Source: Isurus oxyrinchus
Lineage: Eukaryota
DNA: 64,000 bases
Reading direction: 5' to 3'
NCBI GenBank assembly: GCA_026770705.1
Contig: JANJGN010000005.1
Location: 16,120,001 to 16,184,000, forward strand
This document shows positions 1-13,507 of the stretch, in pieces. The notes beneath the pieces were generated by a model, which was not told the origin of the DNA, did no database searches, and worked only from the letters and a program-made list of their open reading frames with translations. Each line of letters starts with the position of its first letter. Within the stretch, counting starts at the first letter, position 1. The position numbers and the translations under genes are program-made.

Positions 1-820
1 GAATACAGGCCCAGTTTGCCCAATCTCTCTTCATAAGAAAGTCCCTCCATCCCTAGAACAAGTCTGATGAATCTTCATTGTACTCCCACTGTGGCAATAA
101 TATCCTTCCTGAGGTAAGAGGACAAAAATTGCACACAGTATTCTAGATGCAGTCTAGCCAAGCTTCTATACAATTGAAGCAAGACTTCACTACTCCTTTA
201 CTCAGATCCTCTTGCAATAAAGGCTAACATTCCATTAGTCTTCCTAATTGCCTGCTGCACCGGCATGTTAGCTTTCAGTGACTTATGGACAAGATCACCC
301 AGGTCCCTTAGAAAGTCCCTACACTTTCTAATCTCTTATCATTTGGGAAAAACTCTGTATGTCTGTTCCTTCTACCAAAGTGGATAACCTCACTTTTTCC
401 ACATTATATTCCATCTGCCATGTTCTTGCCCACTCACTAAGTCTGTTCAAATCCTCCTGTAGCTGCTTTACATCTTCCTCACAACACACATTCCTGCCTA
501 GTTTTGTATTATCCGCGAACTTTGAAATATTACATTTGGTCCCCACATCCAAATCATTGGTATATATTGTGAACAGCTGATGCCCAAGTACTGATCCTTG
601 CGGTACCCCACTAGTCACAGCCTGCCAGTGTGAGAATGACCCGTTTATTCCTACTCTCTGTTTTCTGGCTGTTAGCCAATTATTAATTCATGTCAGTATA
701 TTGCTTCCTATCCCATGTGAATTTATTTTGCTAATCAACCTCCTGTGGGGGACTTCATCAAAAGCCTTCTGAAAATCCAAGTATACTACTTCCATTGACT
801 CTTTTATCAATTTTATTAGC
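1..820 (-). mobile_element. CR1 LINE RT-domain fragment (continues past window start)
   Basis: Minus ORF 328-618 TSGVPQGSVLG..KFADNTKLG..WQMEYN, the CR1 RT signature; stops and frameshifts elsewhere. Confidence 0.9.
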
Positions 821-834
821 TGGAGGATTAGGAT

Positions 835-3800
835 TATTGATTATTGATCTGGAAGCCAAACTGCAGACACTTGCAACATAAGGGTGAGAGGAGGAATACC
901 TGGACACTTTGTTCCAGAAGACGGTCACACCTCTTAGAATAGGGGCATCTGTTTTGGTCAGTGGTGAGGAATAGGAGGATGTGGCCCTGAGTGAGGCAGG
1001 GGCAAAGGGACCAAGCAGACAGTTGTAGCAGACCCTCAGACTTTGCAATTGTTAAACAGGTTTGAGATGATTGCTACCTGAATGTGAGGTCGGCAGGGTA
1101 GATGAGCAGACTAACCATGACTAACCGCTGGGGCAGTCTACACCTGAACCAGTGTTCTTGCAAACTGCATAACTGGGAAAGTAGAGAGGATTTTAAACTA
1201 AATAATTGGGGTAAGGAATCAAATGTGGGCAGAGATATGGTAAGAGAGGAAAGTATTAATATGGGAAATGATAGACAGACCATGACAGGAAGGGACAGAG
1301 TGTACAAGTGTCATATTAAATCAACAGTTAAGGCTAGAGGTTACAAAAATAATAAAGGGACAAAACTTAATGCGCTGTATCTGAATGCACGTAGCAGCCG
1401 AAACAAAACAGATGAACAGATGGAGCAAATAGAAGTAAATAAGTACAAATTAATCGGTACAACAGAGACATGGCTGCAGGGTAGCATAGATTGGGATTTG
1501 AATTTTGAAGGGCATGTGATTTTTAGAAAGGATAGGAAGATAGGAAAAAGTGGAGGATTGCTCTGTTAATTGAAGACGATATTAGCACATTAGAGAGGGG
1601 TGACCTAAGTTCAGGAAACCAGGATATAAGAAGTGGTTTGGGTAGAAATGAAGAATGATGAAGGCAGAAAGTCACTTGTGCGAGTGGTATACAGGCCCCC
1701 TAACAGTAAACACATGATAGGGTGGGGTATCAAAGAAGAAATAGTGAGAGCTTGTCAGAAAGGTACAGAGATTATCATGGGAATTTTTAATCTATATATA
1801 GACTGGAATAATCAGAAGGGTAAAGGTAGCGTAGATGACGAATTCGTAGAATGTTTGCTGAATAATTCTTAAATCAGCACATTCTGGAGCCAACCAGAGA
1901 GCAGGCTATACTAAACCTGGTATTGTGCAATGAGATAAGATTAATTAATGACCTCATAGAGAAGGCGCCCCTAGGGAGCAGTGATCATAAAATGATTCAA
2001 TTTTACGTTCAGCTTGAGGGAGAGAAGACTGGGTCTGAGACTGGTATTTTAAACTTAAATAAGGCCAATTATGAGGACATGAAAGCAGAGCTAGTAAAAA
2101 TGAACTGGCAATTTATGTTAAGCGATAGATCAATAGAGATGCAGTGGCAGACATTTAAGGGGATACAGAATACACATTCCAACAAGAAATAAATGTTCCA
2201 AGGGAAGGACCGACCATTTGTGGTTAACCAAAAAAAGTTAAAGATTGTATCAAACTTAAAGAAAAAGCATATAATTGCACAAAGATGGGTGGCAGGTCAG
2301 AAGAGTGGACAGAATATAAAAAAAAGCAAAAAATGATTAAAAGATTAATAAGGAGTGAAAAGTTGGAGTATGAGAGAAAGCTAATCAGCAATGTAAAGAC
2401 AGAGTAAGAGTTTCTGTAGATATTTAAGAAAGAAAAAAGTTAACTGTGAGCGTTAGTCTACAGAAAGTGTGTCTAGGAAATTAATAATGGAAAATAAGGA
2501 AATGGCAGATGAATTGAACCAGTATTTTGCATCGGCCTTCACTATAGAGGATTCAAGTAACATCCCAGGAAAAGCTGTAAACCAGGAATTGGAAGGGAAG
2601 GAGGAACTCAGGAAAATTACAATGGCCAGTGAAGTGGTACTTAGTAATTTACCGGAGCTGCAAGCTGACAAGTCTGATGGGTTTCACCCTAGGGTTTAGT
2701 GAGATAGCTGTTACTGCGTTGGTTTTAATTTCCCAAAATTCACCAGATTCGGGGAAGGTTCCAGTTGATTGGAAAATAGCTACTGTAACTCCTTTATTCA
2801 AAAAAGGAGAGAGACAGAAAGCAGGAAACCAAAGGCCTGTCAGCTTAACATCTGCCAGGGGAAATGTTAGAAGCTATTTTAAAGGACTTTATAATAGGGC
2901 ATTCAAAGTAATCAGACAAAATCAACATAGTTTTATGGAAGGGAAATCATGTTTAACCAATATATTTGAGTTCTTTGAAGAGGTAACAGGTGCTCTGGAT
3001 AAAGGGGAACCAGTGGATGCACTGTACTTAGATTTTCAGAAGACATTTGATAAGGTACCTCATCAAAGGTTAATGTGGAAAATACAAGCTCATGGTGTAA
3101 GGGGTAACATATTGGCATAGATAGAAGATTGGCTAGCTAACAGGAAACAGAGAGTAGGCATAAATGGGTCTTTTTCTGACTGCCAGGAGGTGACAACTGG
3201 TGTGCCACAGGGATCTCTGCTGGGACCTCAACTCTACAATTTGTATAAATGATTTGGATGATGGTATAGTTGCTAAATTTGCTGATGACACAAATAGGAA
3301 TGTAAGTTGTGAAGAAGACATAAGGCTACAGAAGAATATAGATAGGTTAGGTGAGTGGGCAAAGATCTGGCAAATGGAGTATAATGTGGGAAAATATGCG
3401 GTTGTCCATTTTGGCAGGAAGAATAAAATAGAAGCATATTATCTAAATGGTGAGAGATTGCAGAACTCTGAGACACAGAGGGATCTGGATTTCCTAGTGC
3501 ATGAATTGCAAAAGGCTATTATACAGGAGCTGCAAGTAATTAGCAAAACTAATGGAATGTTATCATTTATGGCAAGAGGAATTGCGTTCAAGAGTAGAGA
3601 GGTTATGCTTCACTTATACAGGATTTTGGTGAGACCACATCTGGAGTACTGTGCAATATTGGTCTCCTCATTTATGGAAAGATGCAAATGCATTCGTAGC
3701 AGTTCAGAGCAGGTTTACTAATTTAATGCCTGGAATGGGTGCATTGTCTTATGAGGAAAGTCTAGACAGGCTAGGCTTGTATTTGCTGGAGTTTAGAAGA

Positions 3801-4200
3801 GTAAAAAGAGAATTGATTGAAACACATAAATCCTGCGGGAACTTGACAGGGTGGATGTGGAAAGGATGTTTCCTCTTGAGCGAGAATCTAGAACTGGGGG
3901 TCACTGTCTAAAAATACAACATTTAAGACAGAGATAAGGAAAGTTATTTCTCTCAGAGGATTGTGAGACTTTGGATCTCTCTTCCTCAAAAGGCGGTTGA
4001 GACAGAGTCTTTGAATATCTTTAAGGCAGAACTAGTTAGATTCTTGATAAGCAAGGGGGGGTGAATGGTTATCGGGCATAAGCAGGAACATGAAGTTTAG
4101 GTTAAAATTATATCAACCATGATCTTATTGAATTGTAGAGCAGGCCTGAGTGACCTACTCCTGCTCCTAATTCATAATTAGTATGTTCGTACCTTCGTAT
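835..4200 (+). mobile_element. Near-full-length decayed CR1 LINE (ORF1 remnant, APE endonuclease, RT, 3' UTR)
   Basis: Endonuclease motifs LYLNARS, GTTETWL, VYRPP, GSSDH; RT motifs PLFKKG, YLDFQKTFDKVPH, KFADDT, RPHLEY; CR1 tail cctactcctgctcctaatt. Many frameshifts. Confidence 0.9.
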
Positions 4201-4305
4201 GTAACTTTTTGGAGGAAGAGAGTGCCAGATTTTCACATAAAGGCAGGGTTATGGGATAATAATTAGGAATACTGTGTTTTTTCCTGCCCTTTCTCTCAAT
4301 ACTGA

Positions 4306-5405
4306 AGCTTATTGGATTCAAAATTGGCTGTGTGGGAGAAGACAGAGAGTGGTAGTGGATGATTGCTTCTCAAACTGGAGGCCTGTGACTAGTGGTGTGC
4401 CTCAAGGATCTGTGCTGGGACCATTGTTGTTTGTTGTCTATATCAATGATTTGGATGATAATGTGGTGAATTGGATCAGCAAGTTTGCTGATGACACTAA
4501 GATTGGAGGAGTTGTGGACAGCAAGGAAGGCTTTCAAAGCTTGCAGAGGGATCCGGACCAACTGGAAAAATGGGCCAGAAAATGGCAGATGGAATTTAAT
4601 GCGGAAAAGTGTGAGGTGTTGTATTTTGGAAGGTCAAACCAAGGTAGGACATACACAGTAAATGGTAGGGCACTGAGGAGTGCGGAGGAACAAAGGGATC
4701 TGGGAGTTCAGATACATAATTCCCTGAAAGTGGCGTCACAGGTAGACAGGTTTACAAAGAAAGCTTTTGGCATACTGGCCTTCATAAATCAAAGTATTGA
4801 GTATTGGAGTTGGGATGTTATGGTGAGGTTGTATAAGACACTGGTGAGGCCAACTTTGGAGGATTGTGTGCAGTTCTGGTCGCCTAATTACAGGAAGGAT
4901 ATCAGTAAGATTGAGAGAATGCGGAGAAGATTTATTAGGATGTTGCCAGGTCTTCAGGAGTTGAGTTACAGGGAAAGATTAAACAGCTCAGGACTTTATT
5001 CCTTGGAGCGTAGAAGGATGAGGGGAGATTTGATAGAAGTTTACAAAATTATGAGGGGTATAGACAGAGTAAATGCGAGTAGGCTCTTTCCACATAGATT
5101 AGGAGAGATAAACACGAGAGGACATGGCTTTAGGGTGAAAGGGGAAAGGTTTAGGGGGAATATTAGGGGGAACTTCTTCACTCAGAGAGTGGTGAGAGTG
5201 TGGAACGAGCTACCATCTGACGTGGTAAATGTGGGCTCACTCTTACGTTTTAAAAATAAATTGGATAGATACAAGGATGGGAGAGGTCTGGAGGGTTATG
5301 GACTGGGTGCAGGTCAATGGGACTAGTGGAATAATATTTCGGCACAGACTAGAAGGGCCAAATGGCCTGTTTTCTGTGCTGTAGTGTTCTATGGTTTTTA
5401 TTGTG
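4306..5405 (+). mobile_element. Young 5'-truncated CR1 LINE with uninterrupted RT C-terminal ORF
   Basis: About 340 codons open (WIQNWL..GVPQGSVLGP..FADDTK..GQWD*, stop at 5326), then 3' UTR. Candidate TSD ACTGA at 4301-4305 and 5406-5410. Confidence 0.9.
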
Positions 5406-5944
5406 ACTGATGCCCATACTGGCCAAAAAGTAGGAGGAGGAACATGTACTGATTTTTATTTCTTAACCTTCTTCACCTCTTCGACTTTCTCTTTTAGCCT
5501 AAGACATCTTCAAATCCTATCTCTTCAAAGGTTTTGTTCACCCCTCCTAATATTTCCTCCATTGGCTTCCTATCTACTCTTTTTCCTTAAAAGTCTGTTC
5601 AGCAACTTGGGATGTTTCTGTATTAAAGTGTTGTATAAATAAAAACTGTTGTTCTCTCATTGCTTTCTAAGTGCTGACTATAGTTTGACTCTTCTTAGCT
5701 TAAATTAGTGAAATTTCCACATACTTAACATTCTTGGATGTAGTCAAACCTGTTCAACCCTTTGGCAGCTTTGATTTCAATTGGCGCATTAATTTTTAAA
5801 ACAAAAATGTGTTTGTGGTAAATTTTGTCCTTATTAGGACAAAATAAGGAACTGCGCAATGTTCTAACACTTGATGACATCTTAGATGTGCTCATAGGTA
5901 TTTCTTTAGCTAAATTAAATCTTCTAACATTATACATCTGTAGC

Positions 5945-6725
5945 TACAGCCTGGCTGGAGGACTGGACTGATACTACCTTTATCCCCCTTCCAAAGAAAG
6001 GTGATCTGAAACAGTGTGAAAATGATAGAATAGTTGCTTTGATCTCCCACACTCATGAAATCTTGCTCAGGATCATCCTGGAGAGAATCTGGATAAAGAT
6101 AGAGAGTGAGATTGCTGATGATCAAGTTGGATTTCAAAGTGGAAGATAAACCAAAGGTCACGTCACTATTCTTAGAATCAATTACGCAAAGTCCAAGAAC
6201 ATTAGCCAGCCAATTTGAATGCTTCATTGATTTTGAGAAGGCATTTGATTCGGTCTCACATGAGAAACTCTGGTTGACAATGTTAGACATGGGATACCCA
6301 CCACATTTAATCATCTTGCTAGCCAAGCTTTAATAAGCTAGTTAATGAGTGTTTGACCCCCCTCTAGGAAATGTTCAGAGTCAAAAAGGGTGTTAGACAG
6401 GTCTTCTCATCATATTTATTCAACATTCGAGCAGAAATGGTTGAGGGAGACGCTTGATGGATGCACAAGTGGTATACCGATTGGCGGGTGGAGAGTTTTG
6501 AATCTTTGATATGCTGATGACGTTATTCTGCACACTAACTCAGTGGAGGAGCTACAGGAGTTGGTGGACTGTCCTGATTAAGTTAAATGGAAACAGTCTC
6601 CTGATCAATGTTGACACGACAAAGGTAATAGGGATGAGTGGAAAGACTTACAGAATTCTGATTAATGGAGTTCAGTTTGAACAGGTTGATACCTTCCACT
6701 ATCTTGGGTCACTCATAATAATAGA
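5945..6725 (+). mobile_element. RTE-clade (BovB-like) LINE RT fragment, decayed
   Basis: Conceptual translation across frameshifts: IPLPKKGDLKQC, ALISH, CFIDFEKAFDSVSHEKLWLTMLDMGYPPHLI, KKGVRQ, GIPIGG..L*YADD, EQVDTFHYLGS. These motifs match RTE/BovB, not CR1. Confidence 0.75.
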
Positions 6726-6729
6726 ATAG

Positions 6730-7316
6730 AATCTATTATAAAGGATATGATAATAGGACACTTAGAAAATATCATTAGGATTAGATAATATCAACATGGA
6801 TTTGTGAAAAGGAAATCATGATTGACGAACCTACTGGAGTTTTTTTTGAGGATGTAACTAGCAGAATAGGTAAGGGAGAGCTAGTGGATGTGGTGAGAAT
6901 TAGTTAGTAGACAGGAAACAGAATAGGAATGAATGGGTCTTTTTCAGAGTGGCAGGCAGTGACCAGTGGGGTATTGCAGGTATCAGTGCTTGGACCGCAG
7001 TAATTCACAATAACTATCAATGATTTTGATGAGGGAACCAAATGTAACTTTTCCAGGTTTGCTGACGACACAAAACTTGGTGGGAATGTGAGCAAGGAGG
7101 AGGATGTTAAGAGGCTTCCAGGTGATTTAGACAGGTTGAGTGAGTGGGCAAATACATGGCAGATGCAGTATTATGTGGATAAGTGTGAAGTTATCCACTT
7201 CAGTAGGAAAAACAGAATGGCAGAGCAATATTTAAATGGTGATAGATTGGGAAATGTTGTTGTACAAAGGGATCTGAGTATCCTTGTACACCAATCACTG
7301 GAAACAAGCATGCAGG
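6730..7316 (+). mobile_element. CR1 LINE RT fragment with internal deletion
   Basis: QHGFVK..NLLEFF, FADDTKLGG, WANTWQMQY..KCEVIHF. Confidence 0.85.
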
Positions 7317-7535
7317 TCCTTTCCCTCTTCAGCCCTCCTCCCTTCCCCCCTTCCGTTTTTTCTTCCTTCCCTGCTTTCCCCCCTTCTCCCCCTTTGCCCT
7401 TACCCCATCCTTCCCTTCGCCTCCATCCTTCCCTTCGCCCCCATCCTCCCTTCCCTTCTTTCTTTGTTTCTTTCCTTACCCCACCCTCTCCCTCCCTTTC
7501 ACCTTCTCCTCCCCTCCTCCACCACCACCCGCCCT
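7317..7535. repeat. C/T-rich low-complexity tract
   Basis: Near-pure pyrimidine run; it is the source of the Pro/Ser/Leu-rich spurious ORFs. Confidence 0.85.
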
Positions 7536-8112
7536 GAGCTATTCCAAGAGCAGACTGTTACACTGTGGTGTGGCAGGACATGTTTTGGGGTTGTGGTTCC
7601 CCCACGTTGTAATTTTCCTCTCTGATCTCTCATTTTGGAGAGTGTCAAGTTGAGCTTAAGTCAAATACAGAGCAGGAGGATCTAAGGAGGTTGTGTCTAG
7701 ATGCACTCTCAAATCTTCTACGGTGGTTTCAGACATCATTGTCACAGATTTGGAAACATATTGCTGATCAGCCAATAATAAGTTACGTGAAAAAATATAG
7801 AAATCTTAGGAGATTAAAGTATGTGACTTATTTAAGAGGAAAGCAGCACAGTCATCTTAGAATCACACAGGAAAGAAGGCTATTGTGCCTATGTCAGCTC
7901 TTTGAAAGAGATGTTGAACAGATAATTTGGAATAATGAATGTTTTTCTTGTACTTTTTTAACTGTGACCTATGTTACTATTGCTGGGTTTAAGATTATAT
8001 CTGTTTGCTCTACATTGTTGTACCAATAATCTGGGGATGTTGGGGGGGGTGCAAGATTTGTTGAAATGGCTATTTAATAGATCAAGATTTTTATTTCCTC
8101 TTATTTTATCAG

Positions 8113-8333
8113 GTGATGCTTTCCCTTGGACTATCAGTCTCAGCCAGTTCAGTGTGTATACTTTACTCGGGCAGCTGAAGGCCTGTAACCTCATGGAACC
8201 CTTGGGCTGTACTTCGACTCTGGCCATCACTTCACACAAGCTGCAAACCTCCGGCCCCGAAACCAGACACTCGTTTGTCGTCTGTCTCCACGTGGACCTG
8301 GAGTCTCTGGAGATGAAATGCTCAAACCCTCAG
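8113..8333 (+). CDS. VPS13B: VPS13B internal coding exon (221 nt, phase 1 to 0)
   Basis: Acceptor ttttatcag| and donor CAG|gttggt. Encodes (G)DAFPWTISLSQFSVYTLLGQLKACNLMEPLGCTSTLAITSHKLQTSGPETRHSFVVCLHVDLESLEMKCSNPQ, which I recognise as vertebrate VPS13B (human GDAFPWTISL..EPMGCTSTLA..RHSFVVCLHVDLESLEIKCSNPQ). Confidence 0.95.
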
Positions 8334-9054
8334 GTTGGTGTTGGCTCAGCTAATTGATTTATTGTGGGGAAAATAAGAAAAGACTTTCTTTAAGTTAGTT
8401 TGTCCTGTACTTTATAGGAGAATCCTTATTCCATTAAACGTCTTAGCTCTCTCTTTTGAGTTTGGTGACCAAGATCGGGGAGAAAGATTAGTTTACCGCT
8501 TTGATGTGCTCTCAAGTTTTTTGTAATTTAGACTCTTCCAAAAAAAATTTAGTAACTGCAGTCTAAAGTGCATCTTAAAACTGATGGAGTAAAATCAGTT
8601 GCAGATGTGCAGTTTCGAAAAGTATTATGTAGCAGAATTAATGTGCAGCAGCTTTGAAAGTGTCCACTGGAGCTGCTTGTTCAAGAGTTTATCATAACTT
8701 CACACAATATGTTTATAGATGTGGGCTGTAACATTAAAGAGATTTCAGATTTAAATAATACGGACTTAAGTTCCCATTAATCGACTGCATTCCATACAGT
8801 GGTGGAAATCTTCTGCCAAACTTGAAATTCTTCATATTTTTGTTATCTCAAGAAAAATCACTTTGCGTTGATTTTAATTGTAAAAGTCTAGAGTTTCGCA
8901 TACTGCCACCAAATACACTTAATAGTGGTATGTTTTAAATTGTTTCCTAGATTAGTGGAACATATTTAAAAATGATTTCTGAACACCTCTGTTCATTGTG
9001 TTTATGGCAAATTTGCTGTGGAAAATTAATTCAGGTGGCAAATGAAGCAATGGA

Positions 9055-9303
9055 CACACGAGGAGAAACTTACCTAGCGAATGGTTAAGATCTAGAATGC
9101 ACTGCCTGAGAGTGTGGTGGAGGCAGGTTCAACTGAGGCGTTCAAGAGAGAATTAGAATACTATCTAACAAGGAAGAATATGCAGGGTTACGAGAGAGGG
9201 CTGGGGAATGGCACTCGGTGCATTGCTTATTCAGAGACCTGGCACTGAGACAACAGGCCGCATGGCCGCCTCCTGCACTGTAACAATTCTGTGATTCTGT
9301 GAC
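9055..9303 (+). mobile_element. CR1-type LINE 3' end fragment
   Basis: tagaatgcactgcctgagagtgtggtggaggcagg..aattctgtgattctgtga tail; the same tail occurs at 61290-61338. Confidence 0.75.
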
Positions 9304-10809
9304 TATGGACAAGAGATTTTAATTTTACTCAGCTGTATTTCCACAATTGAAGTGCAGTTGTTTATATATTCTTAACTTTTTGCTCGCAAGTCTTCAGGTA
9401 ATGTAGCTAATTGAAACTGCTTTTTCAGGTTTTTAACCTGTGCATTTACTATGAGAAAAACTACTGCGGATTCCATTTGTAATATGGAACAAAAACCATG
9501 CAATAAAATCTAAAATTGCACAGTTTGCTCCTCCAACTCCCTGTCAAAGTTTTAAAAATTGGCTAACATGTAAATTTTCATTTTGTCATTGAAAAATCAT
9601 CGGTACTGGAATGTAACATCACTCTGCTCTACCAAATCTCTCAGCTTTCGATAAGTTTGGATTTTCATTAGTCCTTGAAGCTTGCTAGAAATTTGAAACG
9701 GAGACTTATGAATTCAATTGAATTTGCATAGTCTTAGCCTTAAATCGTTAACTTCTGAAAAATGGAAACTTTGATAAAATAGAGTATGTTAGAAGTTGTT
9801 TTCCTATTGTGCTTGGTATATCTAGTCAAATTACTTTTAAGCAATTCAAATTATGTATGTCAGAATCATTAAAGGTGTGATAATTAAGTTTGGTAGCTAT
9901 GCTTCTTTTGGATTTAGTGTCTGGAATAGGAAGTTGCTTAATGGAATGTAATTGGACACATTGTGCCAGAATCTGCTGGCAACAGATTAGTGAATTTTAT
10001 GCTCACACTGTTAACCAGTATGTAAATAACCTAACAATTTGTGGCAAGGAAGAGATACGATGTAAGTTGCAAATCATTACAAGTTGTTGGACGATTTGTG
10101 CTGCTTTACCAGGAGCCTCACATAATGAGATCTTGTTGTTAACCTCCCCATGAATTTCAAGATATTGCTGCATATGCCTATTAGTTCCACATTAAACTCA
10201 CCGCAGAAAGTTAGGTCAGGTATTTTCCAACATAAGGACCTTTTCAGTGACAATGTTCTTGCAATGCCGCTCAAACTCCTCAGTTCAGAAAGCAAACTAT
10301 AGAAACTGAGGGCTCTCATTCCTATAGGTTGTAGATTGTTGATGGAGATTTTTAAAATTTACAACCAGAAGCATTTCTTTCTTTCTTTCTTTCTTTCTCT
10401 TTCTTTTTCTCACTCCATCCATCTTTCTTTCCCTCTCTATTTTTGTTTCTGTACCTGATTTGATTCTAATTCACACTATTGCTATCTCTGTTCTTCTGCT
10501 TCTTTCTTGAATCTTAAATGTAATTGATGAGGAAGATAGACTGCTGTCCAAAATGAACCGTCAACTTTGCACTTCCACCAAATCCTGCAGCAAAAATCTT
10601 TAAATCTGAAGGATGAGGAAATCTTTAATAAACAGGGCTTGAAATGAGATACACTCCATCAGGACATTTTGGGTTGATAACCACCTTTCAGAATGATTAA
10701 GGGGGAGTAAGATGGAGCAACAAAAATCTCCCTTTCATTTGTCTTTTTTAAGCAGAATAAGTTAGAATAATCTCATTCCAGTGAAGGTCAATCTGTAGTA
10801 TAGACACAA

Positions 10810-12119
10810 TCAAACTTGTGCTTCAGAACTAGCTGTGCCCTTAGCCAAGCTGTTCCGTAATAGCTACAGCACTGGTATCTACCTGGCAATGTGGAAAACT
10901 GCCCAGTTGTGTCCTGTCCACAAAAAGCAGGACAAGACCAACCAGGCCAATAACTAGTTTCAGTCATCAGAAAAGTGATGGAAGGGGTTGTTGACAGTGC
11001 TATCAAGCGGCACTTACTCAGCAATAACCTGCTCATTGACGCTCAGTTTAGGTTTCACCAGGGCCATTCAGCTCTTGGCCTCATTACAGCTTTAGTCCAA
11101 ACATGGACAAAAGAGCTGAACTCCCGAGGTGAGGTGAGAGTGACTGTCCTTGACATCAAGGCAACATTTGACCGAGTGTGGCATCAAGGAGCCCTAGCAA
11201 AACTGGAATCAACAGGAATTAGCGGGAAAACTCTCCATTGTTTGGAGTCATGTCGAGTACAAATAAAGATGTGGCTGTTGAAGGTCAATCATCTCAATCC
11301 CAGGACATCACTGCAGGAATTCCACAGAGTAATGTCCTGGGCCCAGCCATCTTCAGCTGCTTCATCAATGACTTTCCCTCCATAAGGTCAGAAGTGGGGA
11401 TGTTCAGGGATGATTGCACCATGTTCAGGACCATTCATAACTCCTCAGATACTGAAGCTGTCCATGTCCATGGGGGTGGGTTACCATTGACCAGAAACTG
11501 AACAGCTATTTAAATACTATGGCTACCGGAGCAGCTCAGAAGCTGGGAATTTTGTGGACAGTAACTCAACTCTTGACTCCAAAGCCTGTCCACCATCTAC
11601 AAGGCACAAGTCAGGAGTGTAATGGAATACTCTCTTCTTGCCTGGATGAGTACAACCCCACCAACACTCAAGGAGCTCGACACCATCCAGGACAAAACAG
11701 CCCGCTTGATTGGCGCCCCATGCACCACCTTAAACATCCACCCCCTCCACCACCGACCATGGCAGCAGTGTGTGCCATCTACAAGCTGCACTGCAACAAA
11801 TCACCAAGGCTCCTTCGACAGCACCTTCCAAACCTTTGACCTTTACCACTTCGAAGGACAAGGGCAGCAGACAAGGACACCACCACCTGCAAGTTCCCCT
11901 CCCAAGCCTCACACTATTCTGACTTGGAACTATATCGCTGTTCCTTCACTGTCGCTGGGCCAAAATCCTGGAACTCCCTCCCTAACAACACCTTGGGTGT
12001 ACCAACGTTACAGAAACTGCAGAGGTTCAAGAAGACAGCTCACTGCCACCTTCTCAAGTGGGCAATAAAAATGCTGGCCTAGTCAGCAATGTCTGTGTCC
12101 CATGAAAGGATTAAAAAAA
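10810..12119 (+). mobile_element. CR1-group LINE 'family B' (RT plus 3' tail ggcaataaatgctggcctagccagc..catgaa)
   Basis: LDIKATFDRVWH, AGIPQSNVLGP, MFRDDCT (FADD-like). The 3' tail is shared with copies at 16400-16510, 24156, 36044, 54317 and 58270. Confidence 0.8.
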
Positions 12120-12900
12120 GAGAATTTATTGGGATACTCTTTCTTTCCAATGAAACTAATTTTGAATCAGGGGTGGCGACAAAGCAAAATTAACAGTAAG
12201 AAGATAATGGGAACGAGGAAAACAATGGCAATAAAAAATGACAGACTCCCAGGACTAGATGGTGCCCTCTCCAGGATTTTAAAGGAAATAGGCAAGAACA
12301 TTGCAGATGTCCTAATTATAATCTGCCAAAATTATTTTAATTTGGGAATAATTCCTTTAAATTTAACAATTATGCAGGTTACTTTGCTATGGAAAGGAAC
12401 AACCAGGGGATTATGGACCAGTTAGCCTGGTAACAAAAGGGAACCCAGAATTTTTCTATAGAAGGCATACAAATAGCAAAAAGCTGGTGAGAGAGTAGGA
12501 GGTGGGGCCTATTAGAGAGCAAAAAGGAGTAATAAACACATGAAGGCAGAGGCATGGCTGAGTAAGTTAGTAGTTTGCATCTGTCTTTGCCAAGGAACAA
12601 GATGCTGCTGGTTGGAAAGTTTAGGAAAAGGGGGCGTTGTCTAAAAATTAGAGCCAGGCCTATCAGGAGTGAATTTAGGAAACAATTCTACATCAAAGGG
12701 TGGCAGTAGTTTGAAACTCTCTTCTGTAAACTAATGAATATTCGGTCAATTCATTTTAAATCAATTTTTGTCAATTGAAGGTATGAAGGAATATGGGGCT
12801 AACGTGGGTGTATGGAGTTCGGTTGCAGATCAACCATGATGACACTAAATGGAAGAACAGCTTCAAGGGGCTAAATGCCTTATTCTTGTTCCTATCTGCA
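12120..12900 (+). mobile_element. Old fragmented CR1 remnants
   Basis: PGLDG..RILKEIG motif and CR1 3' UTR remnants. Confidence 0.6.
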
Positions 12901-13507
12901 TGCTCTCTTCTTCCTCCACCCTGACTTTTTGAATTAATGCTATGGAGGTTAAACTGTTTCAAAGAATGAAGACACCCTGTACTTATAGTAGCTCAATACG
13001 TTTAATGCAAATTGCTTAGGGTAAACATTCTGATATTTTCTTCAATTAAAGTTACCAGATTCTACACTGACCTTTCATCCATCCAGGTTGTGTTAGAACC
13101 ACCCAGCCTGGATTGATAATTAAAACCTTCCATTCAAATTTGAAATAACTCAGTGAGACAACCAAGGTATTATTCAGAAAGTAGAAAAAAATGATCGCGC
13201 TCGCATAATAGAGCAGTTGCTTTTCTGATGTTGGGGTTGCAGATGTTGTCGGGGCAGAAGTTAAGGCACTTCATTTTACACCTATCTTGAGCTTGAGCTT
13301 GAGCTTGAAGTGCCCAGAAAAAGAGTATTCCATGTTCCCAGCACTAGAATCCCTTACCATGGTGAGCGCAAACTTCACAAAGCAACAGAGGTAGAACCTA
13401 ATGCATTTTGTCCTCTTGCCTCTGGCCCACAACTCAGGTTACACACAAGTATTTTAAAGCTAATAAGTCATAAAACTCTGGGAGATGGGAAGATAGTAAT
13501 TTAAGTA

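Noticed and set aside
13286-13308. (CTTGAG)x4 short tandem repeat; possible CRISPR-like array
   Set aside because: Simple microsatellite with no spacers. The DNA is eukaryotic and no repeat-spacer array exists in the window.
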